Below the pieces are notes generated by a model, which was not told where the DNA came from, ran no database searches, and worked only from the letters and a program-made list of their open reading frames with translations. A stretch of DNA of 59,033 nt, filler included, from Sphacelaria rigidula (Eukaryota): assembly GCA_964200075.2 (NCBI GenBank). It is 8 parts of 8 records of this genome, joined end to end, with 100 filler letters (N's around TTAATTAATTAA, not from the genome) between each part and the next. Parts side by side here need not be neighbours in the genome. Positions count along the whole stretch, not along the records: positions 44,352 to 51,642 come from CAXNAA020015597.1; positions 51,743 to 59,033 come from CAXNAA020015598.1; 6 more parts are not named here. One strand, written 5' to 3'. Position numbers and translations under genes: made by a program. The stretch's first letter is position 1. Every line of letters begins with the position of its first letter. Shown here one piece after another: positions 48,993 through 59,033 of this stretch.

Positions 48993-49061
48993 ATGGTCTC
49001 CCAGCGTTCGGAAGGCTGCCTTTCGTACGCTTTCCTTGACATCTTGAGTTCTCAGAACCAG
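48993..49061 (-). CDS. NCAPG: CAP-G exon B (69 bp, too short for the ORF track)
   Basis: CAG acceptor (ct at 49062-49063), GTGAGA donor; LVLRTQDVKESVRKAAFRTLGDH aligns to CAP-G IVGRTKDVKEAVRKLAYQVLAEK. Confidence 0.92.
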
Positions 49062-50124
49062 CTGCGGAGGCGTTAATGTGACGGGGCAAGGACAGAGGAG
49101 GCAGGCAGGTCAGGCAGCAAAAGCAACACAGACACCATGCCGTGTGTGTAAGGATACAAGCAAAATCTATTGCACAGCAAGATATTCACCAGCTATTCAC
49201 TGTCGATCACCACATATATCATGATGTGAAACATTACACACTATTGCTTAATTTGTTTCAAAGCATAGCTTACGTTTGGTACAGGGACCTTTCCTACGGT
49301 ACTGCTACAACGACTCCTTCCTGTAGCTGCTGCCTCCAATGCAATGCTGAAGTATGACAATACTACAACTGCCTACAGCGCGCACCACAGCAGCAATAAC
49401 TGCCGCAGTAACACAAAACAAAATATAGAGGAAAAAAAAGGTATTCCGTAGCAAGCAGCCCGGCACTCTTACTTCCGCGCCATGTGCGTATGTACGGGAA
49501 TGAGAGGCAGACAAAACGCCTATCAAGGATACCTACCCCTCGAGACTGATACTACTCCTACCCTCGCGTTTACATTAGTGTGCACTCTCTGATTCTCCAT
49601 TTTACCGCATGATCACGGCTGAATTCGTAGCGGGTCGGCCGATTTTTTTTTACAACCAAAAGAACCACCTCCCACACGCGACTGCTCCTTGCTCCCACGA
49701 CGAACAGCACTACTGCAGTCTTTTCATTACTCGGGAATATTCCTCGTCCATCAGCGGCGGCCACAGAACAAAAAAAGCCGTGTAGATAAATGTATGTCCT
49801 CAACGATATTTCGGGTACAAAAACGAACGGAATCCTGTACCAGAGGAGGAGTGGACGGGAGAGGAGTAGGGGACTTCTTGTCAACAGAACCAAGGTCAGG
49901 GTAAGGGGTCTTATTAACGGGGCATCTCGATTCTATTTTGAAATGTCATTCTGTTATATATATATATATATTTTCCGACTCCTCCCCGAAGAAATGCCGA
50001 GGAAAAAATCCAACACTCGTTTTCGGAGAAATCTGTAGTGAGTTCTGAACTAATCAATCGCTTGACCTGGATAAACGAATCAACTCTCATATTTTTCGGA
50101 GATTTCCCTCCCTCCCTTCCCTCT

Positions 50125-50246
50125 TGCTCCGTCTCGAAAGGGATGCGTGGTCAACGTCAAACAACTGAGGCGAGCAACAAATGAGTACCCCCTCCCCCCC
50201 CCCCCCCCCCCCCCCCCCGCGCCCGACCCACCCCGTGAGCCACGCC
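50125..50246 (+). mobile_element. LINE 3' end, second subtype (APSRKGCVVN..TEASNK*, then a C-run)
   Basis: gctccgtctcgaaagggatgcgtggtcaac...gagcaacaaatgagtac(C)n; related copy at 56469-56544. Confidence 0.7.
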
Positions 50247-50550
50247 NNNNNNNNNNCCCCCCTCCCCCTTCCCCGCGGAATGAGTAGCATGCATGGCTCA
50301 CACGCAAGTAGCGCGGTAAAAACGTCAACACCCCCCCCCCCCCCCCCCCCCTACCCCGCCGCTAAACATTCGGAGATTTCGAGGAAACGAAAATCCGTTT
50401 ATAATATACCCCTTAGTGGTCGACTCAGGCAATATGTATCCAGTAAACCGAAGACAAACACTAAACAAAAAAATAATAGTTTTCCAACACCAACATATAA
50501 AAAAGCCTGAACAGGTACTCGTACTGTAAAAGCTCGCCAGGCCCTCTCGC

Positions 50551-50745
50551 CTGATCCAACATGTCGGGGGTCTTGATCACCACGGCAAGTGCCGCCTGCC
50601 GAACGTCTCCGCTGCTGTCGCTGGCCATGACGCGTATCAACTCCTCCGTCACCTGGTCTTTCCCGCTCTCTTCGTCTTCGTCGTAACCAGGGGCGAGCTG
50701 CAGGCGACCCAACGCGTCAACCGCTTGCACGCGGACGCCCGCCAC
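50551..50745 (-). CDS. NCAPG: CAP-G exon A (HEAT repeats), ending at a GC donor
   Basis: CAG acceptor (ct at 50746-50747); VAGVRVQAVDALGRLQ...DSSGDVRQAAL aligns to CAP-G PNVRIQAVLALSRLQ...DSNPEVRRAVL; donor CAG|GCGAGA. Confidence 0.9.
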
Positions 50746-51571
50746 CTGTACAACACATATTTCGGACGGACACCACGAACGGCGGAGGGCCGACACCGGC
50801 AATGGTGAAAAAGAGGCAGAGAAAAATGAAGAAGTTCCAGAGAGAGAGAGAGAGAGAGAAGGTGTACTCATGATCTTGCATGTCATAGTCATAAGACCAT
50901 TGCCAGCATGCGTCGCAACAGCTTGATGTGGTGGTACCGCTTATAATTTCACAGCCTGAACAATAGATGGCACTGTCAAAAAGTGCATGGCGTACGATGA
51001 CGAATCTAGACTATTGCAATAAACGCAATAGTCAACAATGTATGCAGTACAATTTTTGTCTGTAATAATCAATTATTCAGGGTGTGGCTGATTTACGTCA
51101 ATACGTTGATACGTTGCAATGGAGGACTTTCACCGGTACATTGTGATCCGAGTGGACGATCCTGCATAATCGCAGTCGTTTATATATATCTTACATATTT
51201 CACTGAAAACTCGACTACAGGCGACGGTTCGAGAGTGCTGATCCCATCCGCGTGTTTGTGTGGGTTTTAGAGTGGTATACTCTAGCCAAGTAGATATCGA
51301 CCCCATACTTAGATCAAGTGAGGTGATCTGAAGCGATCTAGATTAGATTCACATGATATACGTTAGATCCAGAACAATTGTTCCGAGACCTGTCGCGGCG
51401 GGTCGGCTCGCGCGCGCGTTTCAGAGCGTTTCATGCCAAAATGTCGGGTAGGTTATGAAAGACGGGTTAACCCCTAGACGCTACTGGTTGGTCTCGAGGA
51501 AGGTAAGGGTTTCGAAGTGCTGCATGACAGCAAGAAAGAGAGAAGAAAAAAAGACTATGTGTTGTTGACGA

Positions 51572-51642
51572 GGGGGGGTGTACTCATGATCATGCCTGCC
51601 ATAGTCATCAGACCATTGACCTCGCATCCCTACAAAGCCGGG
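51572..51642 (-). mobile_element. Poly-C-ending LINE-derived family, copy cut by the contig end
   Basis: Near-identical to 21983-22076. Confidence 0.85.
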
Positions 51643-51742
51643 NNNNNNNNNNNNNNNNNNNNNNNNNNNNNNNNNNNNNNNNNNNNTTAATTAATTAANN
51701 NNNNNNNNNNNNNNNNNNNNNNNNNNNNNNNNNNNNNNNNNN
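51643..51742. other. Artificial contig linker
   Basis: N44-TTAATTAATTAA-N44. Confidence 0.99.
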
Positions 51743-51828
51743 CGGCTGATGCACCCACATACACCGAAAGGTGTAGACTGGTGCCCAGAATAAATGGGAC
51801 GACAACACACAAACAACACACACACACA
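51743..51828 (+). mobile_element. tRNA-derived SINE, copy 3 (3' part only, at the contig start)
   Basis: cggctgatgcacccacatacaccgaaaggtgtagactgg...gacaacacac(CA)n matches 34013-34090. Confidence 0.88.
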
Positions 51829-51971
51829 TTTTCACTAATGGCGTCGGTGAAGTTGATCGTATTAGGTTCCCGTATAGAGCGCCCACAGATCGCCTACACA
51901 CCGACCTCCTCGTGCTGTAGCCATGTTTGATCATGCAAGCACTATTTGGACCATTCAATCACGGAAAGACA

Positions 51972-52107
51972 CAACAAAGAGAGATGCTTTCATTCTGACG
52001 AGTCTGTGGTTTGCCGCCTCGCTTGGCCCCTCTTGTGGCCAACAAAGAGAGATGCTTTCGTTCTGACGAGTCTGTCGTTTGCCGCCTCGCTTGGCCCCTC
52101 TTGTGGC
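51972..52107 (+). repeat. Near-perfect 68-bp tandem duplication
   Basis: 51972-52039 versus 52040-52107, two mismatches. Confidence 0.95.
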
Positions 52108-52176
52108 ATCAGAAGATGAGCTCGTTGTCAATGAACCTTTTTTTGTCCGCCGTTTCAAGGAAGGAGAGAAAAAAAC

Positions 52177-52468
52177 TCACCCAACACTTACCCCGCAAAA
52201 AAAGGGTTTGTGTTCCGATTACCCGGAGGTTCGGCTAGACCGCCTTGCGGCAGTGATGTGGGATGGGTACCTCAAGCGTTTGGAAAGCTTTGCTGAAGGC
52301 AATGTGGGGGGTCGAACCCCCTGCAATCCCCGACAGCTTGGCGCAGTACACGCGCCGCCCTTCGCTTTGTTTGACTTCTCTTCGTTATTTTCGTGGAACA
52401 AGAGCGTAAATCCTAACCCGAAGCCCAACCAAAGGCACAGCGAGAACCCTCGGGTGAAGGGGTAAACG

Positions 52469-52545
<77 letters not shown>
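52177..52545 (+). repeat. Interspersed repeat (homolog of 10225-10388) followed by a (CA)n tract at 52469-52545
   Basis: Shared blocks with 10225-10388; gacacatac(CA)n end resembles the SINE tail. Confidence 0.7.
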
Positions 52546-53964
52546 GGGGGTTCGGCGGCTTACGCCGCCATGGTGAATAAGATCGACAGCCGAGGTACAT
52601 GAGAACCGGTCATCGTTACTCGCATCGCGTAACGGCACAGCTCATTGTTTTATGTAGAGTATTTCCCGCTATGTGCGTATGGTGACACATGTCTCGGGAG
52701 CAGGATGAAGAGGTTTATTGATGTTTGATCATCGTACCTACAGGAGAACGGGTAAATGACAACCTCCACCGCCGAAGAACACACACAGAGACACGCTTTC
52801 ACATTTTTCACCGACAGCAACAAATAGGAAACATCGTACACCGTCGACGAGCACACACCCGGGGACAGTCGTACCATTAGCCAAATATGATTGCGCCGCA
52901 CGATCACCCCAGGACGCAGAGACGTCGGGGACATACACACGCCAGTGTTCGCAACCATGAGTATGTATGTGGCGTGGTGAGCCAAAGTTTGCCTGCGCAG
53001 AACTCAAATCGGCGCCAATTTGAGCGATGAACGCGTACTATACTGCAGACGATGATAGCCCTTGGGAAACGTGAGCCCAGTCAAGGTCTGAATGTATTTG
53101 TCCTAACCTCAAAGAGAAGAGTGCCTTCGCTCTTGTCGTAGTAACGAATGGTTGGTTCAAGCGTTCTCGGACATTTATTATTGTGAACCTGCGCTAACCC
53201 TTACCCTAACCCCGACCCAGACTCGGACCTCGACTAAGGCATACGAAAACACCCGGGCAAGGGAGGGTGCAGAGGTTGGTCTACGAGGACAAAGTGTGTG
53301 TCGACAGACCTCAAGTCGGCGTCGATATTTAGACGAAAACACATTCCGAGCAAGGTAAGGCTGTGTGTTATCGAGAACAAGGGGAAAAAAAGAAAGCGGT
53401 GAAGAAGAAAAAAAAATGATCTGATAGATTGACGGCATTTCTGTCCTTAGCTGGCTTCAACTATTTTATACAATTATTATAGTCGCGCGCGGACGGAAAG
53501 TAATATAATATTTTAAAGCTCAGCTTTTTCACTCGAAAACGTACGGAGGAAAAAGGTACTAAATGTGTACGTGACTCCCATCTTGCAGACTACCATGCCG
53601 GATACCACCCGTTCACATAACCATGCGAACCCCGCACACTTCGTTCTTAGCTACTAGCGCAACCCTGCCGCATGAAGCTCAACTTAACCGCAAGGGTAGA
53701 TCCACCGCAGTGTTCGAGGACGATTTATTTATTTTTGCCAGCGGAAATTTGAGCACCTTCTTTTATGGCTGAGGTCGGCGACGGAATTACGTGTTATGGT
53801 GGGCGACCGACTTGCGTACACGCTCATGTTGGATAGTGCAGGCAGTACGAAGCTGCACGTTGTTCAAGTTATTTTCACGTCTAACTTTCTGCAGATAGTA
53901 TAGATAGTCCTGCGCTATCTGTATTGCACGTTGCCCACTTCTCTCTCGCATCCTTCTGCACGAA

Positions 53965-53973
53965 ACACACACG

Positions 53974-54036
<63 letters not shown>
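53965..54036. repeat. (CA)n/(CG)n microsatellite
   Basis: Directly visible. Confidence 0.95.
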
Positions 54037-54039
<3 letters not shown>

Positions 54040-54949
54040 GAATCAATTCCGCCGCCCTTTTTTTTCGATCGAAAAAAAAATGCGAAGAGACGCCTTTACC
54101 TTGACGGGGAAAAGGGTTATTGACTATACCAAACCGCTAGAGGCATTGTTGGCACATGAAAAGAATTTTGGTAGATCCCGTTGGCTCGGGACGCAGAAAG
54201 GCAGGTCATGTTTACGTCACATTTGCCGTCATGATTTCGTAAAAACATTTTTTTTTGTCACCACTGCTCTTGGCAGTCTCTAGCATGATCTCCCCCCCCC
54301 CTCCCCCGCCCTGTTTAAGGTTTATGGTCTGCATGTCGTTGCAGCCATTTCATCTTCAGACGGATGATACTGGGCGATTTGCAGGGAAACAGTGAATCAT
54401 TACATTATATCACGGCATTATTATGTCAAAATGATTACTCCACCCCCTTCTGCAGGCCTGCTGCCCGATCTGGAAAAGTTCCTAAAAACACGCATGGTTA
54501 TTATGTGAAGCATTCGCTGGTGAGAGGAGAACCTACACCTTCCTCCCCCCTCCCCCCTGAGTGAAAAAAATATACGAAGTATATGAAAAAAGTGTTGTCA
54601 TTTTGTCAGCTGGTGAAATTGTTCCGAAACGAAGCCCGAGCTCGAACGGTAAAAATCTGGGATCAGCGGCATTCGCCGTGTCACAATTTCAGTTTGAAAC
54701 GGTGTATACCCCACAAGCATAGTCGTAGCTGTCACGTTCAGTGTAATATTCAGACCACTTGATGTGCATGCATGTACGCGGTCAACACACACAACCGCAG
54801 TAGTGGCGGCGAACTTTGTGCGGGGGTATACGCGCTGAAGGCGGCCCGTTCGGGTGTGTTTGGGGGGTGGGTTGTTTTCGAGCCGGGGTTCGCGGAATGT
54901 CGTCGTTGTCGTCGTCCCCCCTCGAAGGCAAGCAACACCTTGTTTTTGT

Positions 54950-55376
54950 CGCTAACCGTGATGGTGGTCGGTCTAGATTATACTATGCGGAGTGAAGGAT
55001 CTCAACTCCGCGCAAAGGGGGATGATCGCACTACGTAGTGTTCATGTGGTGAGACGTCCATGAAGCAGGGTGCAACCCGTGGCCATCTCCCTGGAAAGTG
55101 GCGATACACCCGAAAAAGGGTTAGGGAGGCTGTCATCCGAAAATGCAAGATATCAATAAATTTAGCACGCTTTGGCACGAGCAATCTTTGGCGGGGTGCA
55201 GCTCGCTCTTCATGCGACTCGCCAAATATTGCATGATGCTTTGCGCTTGGTGATTGATTGCGAGGCTTGTCCGGCGAATACCCGGCGTGCTCCGTCTCCG
55301 CTTTGAAGTGATGCGAGGTCAGTGGTCTTATGTGACTACGGCATGCAAGATCATGAGTACATCCCCCCCCCCCCCC
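54950..55376 (+). mobile_element. Poly-C-ending LINE-derived family, long diverged copy
   Basis: Colinear with 40040-40478; ends gatcatgagtacat(C)n. Confidence 0.85.
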
Positions 55377-56468
55377 GACAGCTGATGGAGGAGGACAACG
55401 CATGTTAGCACACATACACACACACGCAAGCAACACGCATAAAGCCGCAAAGATCAACAACTTGTCCTTCCCAATGAATGTGATCGTCGGTTCACAAAGG
55501 GACCACCGCTACTCGAAGTCAAGGAGTTGACCCCCCCCCCCCGAGAATATCGATGTTTAGCTTCTTATTAACTCCGGGCCTACAGACAATACGGTACTTT
55601 GCTTTTACTGTCTGTATTGCACACCTATCTTACTGCTCTCAATTTGTATCTATCAAAACTCGTTTTCATTTCCGACTTTCGCCGTGTTTTCAAGGGCTAG
55701 CCGTGACCTCCAAAATGTTCAAGCAGGCTAACCCAGGATGCATGCGTCCACCCCTCCGCCCTTTCGTTCGCCCATCGTGACAGACCGCAACAAGTACCGG
55801 AGGTTGATCCGCACTGGCAGAGGCGGCCAAGCGAGTGCTCGGTGCGAGGTCGGGGGCGGAGTCAATCTTTTTACGAGGGCGACGATGGTGATACCATGGC
55901 TTGCATAAACGGAGAGACGTGAGTGGGTTCCCCCCCGTACCGCTCCCTCCCCCTCCCCCTTTTTTGCTGCTGCTGCTCTCTCTCTAGTTGATGTACGGTA
56001 CAGTGGTACAGTGGGTACTATATAGCGGTGTAACAAATTTCGTGAAGAAATCAAACCGCACGGCTGTAAACGGAACGTGTTGAGGCATAAAAAATGGCAC
56101 ATATTTGCAGCACAGGCGCCCGTAGATATCGAGGCGTCCATCGGGGGTGATCTCAGTCAAGGCATATTATATTTAATCGGGGGTGATATTCGCGGACGTA
56201 AATTACAGTGGTGCTATGATGAGGGGGAAGAAGGAGGGGGGAGGGTCTGGGCCATTTATTCCACGAAAATTCCGCCTCGAATCGTCTGTTCGGACCCGCT
56301 TGTTAGCAATAAGACACAAGTCATTCGTTCATACCCCCTCGACACCGCTGTCACACAAACACAAACGCACCGCCAGTAGTTAGGCCGCCTGGCACAACTG
56401 TGAGCCCCTGGTTTTTTCGTGGAATCAATACCTCTCCCCCCCCCCTCCCCCCTGTGCTTTCCCCTATG

Positions 56469-56975
56469 CCCCGTCTCGAAAGGGATATGCGGGGTCAATG
56501 GTCAAACGACTAGGGCAAGCAACACATAAGTTCGCGCCCCCCCCTATTGTAGTTAGCGCTTGGTGATTCGAGTGCGAGCCTGGTCCGGCGAAAACCCCGC
56601 GTGCTCGGTCCCGGCATTGCAGGGATACGAGGTCAATGGTCTCATGACTATGGCATGCATGATCATGAGTACACCCCTATTGTAGCATCGTTGAAGTACA
56701 GCTCGTATGATGTAGTTATCGATGGAAGCATGATGGAAATGGACCAAGAATTTGATGACTTGATCGATCATGTACATGCTGAACTACAGTCTGTACTGAC
56801 TCTATTGCAGTATTCCCGACGAGCGTGCTTCGAGATACTTTGAAATGCCATGGGGAGGGGGGCGTACTCATCCGTTGCTTGCCTTCAGTCATCTTTCGAG
56901 GCGGAGCAACAATGCAATGGGTGTACTCATGGAATTGCATGCTGTAGTCATCAGGCCCGTCGGCCTCGTATCCCT
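56469..56975. mobile_element. Cluster of LINE 3'-end fragments: subtype 2 (56469-56544 +), poly-C family (56555-56677 +; 56850-56975 -) and an ORF2 relic (56690-56840 -)
   Basis: Motif identity to the other copies; minus-strand IESVQ...QILG and NYIIRAVL fragments. Confidence 0.7.
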
Positions 56976-59033
56976 ATACCACCGCTCAGCCACGCCTAAA
57001 TTTCAGTAACGTAGACTCTGACTGCTGAAGATCCATGCACAAGTAAAGCAGTGATATGTGTCATACTCCAAGAACTCGCCCTGATTTCCGATAATATTTG
57101 ATATCGTAATACTTCTTCCTCTTTCACATAAGTTAGGACCGAATTTTTCACAGACGTCCTTAACGGTCTCCGATGCTGTTTTCGTTTCTTTTATTGAATT
57201 CCTTGGCGTTTTTTTTAGTCGAACACGATGTTTTTTTTTCAATTCGCGTCACTCCAGGTGGAGTAGCGGCCAGAAAAAAAGAAGTCGGCCCCCCCCCAAA
57301 GCCGTTTTTTTCCCCTTTTCCACGAACAAAAAAGTACCGAAAAATAAAAAGAAACATGGAAAAAAAATAAATGGATAATTATCCTCTCCATCACTCGTGC
57401 TTGATGCCAGATAGTCCCAAGCCTTTGTGAAGGCCTCCTTGTCGTACTTGACTGTCCTTTCCAACGTTCCCGCCCTCTGCCACGCGGATACCCCGGTGTG
57501 CTCTACACTAAATTCTCTAAAAGGTTCTCAAAAATATTCTCGAAATATAGCCGAAATTGGCCAACTTCGGGGACTTTTTGGCCCATACTTTTGAGATGTA
57601 ATAAAATCGCTTTTTTTTTTTTTGCATCAGTTAGCTGTAAAAAATATCTTTCCGATTAAACTAATTACAGCATCGTAGGCGCCTCCGTTGAAATGATACG
57701 ATCTGCGCCGAAATTCGTTCCTAACTTATGTGACAGACGAAGTATATTGTTTCCTCTAGCACGAAAAATCGAAAAGTCGTATCTCAAATAGCCCTATATA
57801 AAATGAGCACCGCAATTTGGCCTGGTTCGACATACTGTAGATGATACTGTTGTCCTCGATATACCTGATACGCTGTCGACTATGGCCTCTGATAACTGAT
57901 GAACATTGTTCTTCACAAACGCACATCGCGCTGTTTTTTTCCCTCTTCTTGCCTTTGTTGTTTTTTTCCCCTTTTAATGTTCGCCTTTTTCTTGTCTTTT
58001 TCTTGCTTTCATTTTCATTTTTCCTCATTTTTTCCCCTTGTGTTTTCTCCGCTGCATATGCATATGCATGTGTTTTTGTGTCTTTTTTTTTTCCACCTTC
58101 CCTCTCGGGACTTCGTCGATGAATATGCATCAACGACATCAATCAAACAGCGACTCAAGAGCCGGGGTATCTCCCGTAGACGCTGTTGGCTTCGGGTTCA
58201 CGGGCACCCGGTTCTCATCCTTGGCCTACAGCAGTAGTGGCGACATGACAGCCGCCGAGCTAGGCGCCCGAACGAAACCTCGGGCTCGTAGCCGTAGCGA
58301 AGACTTCACGCCCGCCTTAGACCCAAGCGAGCTGAACAAGGGTAGCGACGATTGCAGGGGAATCGAACGCACTCGGCTGGTATCTGGCACGAGCCCTGTG
58401 TTTTTGTCGTGTAGTCGAGGGCTCAAGCCGAATGAGATTCAGGCCCTACAGCAGGTAAGATATGCCGGGATGGTTCAGTAGAGTTAACTCTTACAGCGCG
58501 AGGGTAGGTGGGTAGGCTACCTGCTGAATCGGCATCATCAACAGTCACTCGGAAAACAAGTATTGCATGGTCCAGATGGATTATCCGCACCGCGCTCCAA
58601 GGGCTGACTCTTTGACCGCAAGAGTAGGTCGGTCACCTGTTGAATCGGCATCAATATTCAGTTGAAGAAGGAAGCGTGATCCAGATGGACCACCCGCATC
58701 GCGATCCAGCAGGTTATCACCAGAATGTTGCCCCCCCTCCGAACCAGCTCCAAAATTGTCACGAAAAAAGTGGTCGTACCTCGCATGATGGCTGGTTTCA
58801 AAGGTGCATGAATCGCCTCATGTGGGCGGCATTGGCGAAAACGATCTCGAGCGTGCGAGTTCCTGCTCGGTATGCTCGGCTTATGTCAGTTTGGTTTACG
58901 TGTAGATTTCGCCTCCCCGGAGATACAGCCATTTTTCTGGTCGGGGGGGGGGGGGGGGGTGGTTGGGGGGGGGGGGGGGGGGGGGGTTTTCGGGGGGGGC
59001 GGCCGGTGGGGGGGGGGGTAAAGAGGGGGTTTT

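Noticed and set aside
51960..52107. Hammerhead ribozyme dimer (CTGACGAG in a 68-bp tandem)
   Set aside because: No GAAA closing a stem II, and stems I and III cannot be built; more likely a duplicated LINE 3' fragment
58490..58715. ~118-bp diverged tandem duplication
   Set aside because: Real but only two degenerate units, with no further structure

Overview
This is eukaryotic, intron-rich and repeat-rich DNA. It is most likely from a brown alga (Phaeophyceae), inferred from gene structure and repeat types. The window is not one locus. It is eight contigs of 7292/7292/7292/7292/7292/7291/7291/7291 bp joined by an artificial 100-bp linker (N44-TTAATTAATTAA-N44), so neighbourhood across linkers means nothing. 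Four partial host genes can be rebuilt from splice signals and homology: a CABLES-type cyclin-box protein (2 exons, +), the C-terminus of a CFAP57/WDR65-like coiled-coil protein (3 exons, -), condensin subunit CAP-G/NCAPG (4 exons, -, with a GC-AG intron), and the first exon of a secreted, probably beta-helix protein (+). The rest is intronic or intergenic and dense in mobile DNA. It includes a Ty3/gypsy pol C-terminus with a chromo-like plus a PWWP-like domain, several MITE families (two with exact 4-bp TSDs), a 451-bp foldback, a tRNA-derived SINE with a (CA)n tail, decayed RTE and other LINEs, a poly-C-ending LINE-derived family, a copia gag relic and a 62-bp minisatellite with higher-order structure. 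I see no CRISPR array, rRNA or intact tRNA, and no complete new multi-gene system. The best leads are the tandem chromatin-reader domains on the gypsy protein and the unclassified TE families. All family assignments come from motif recognition, not database searches.
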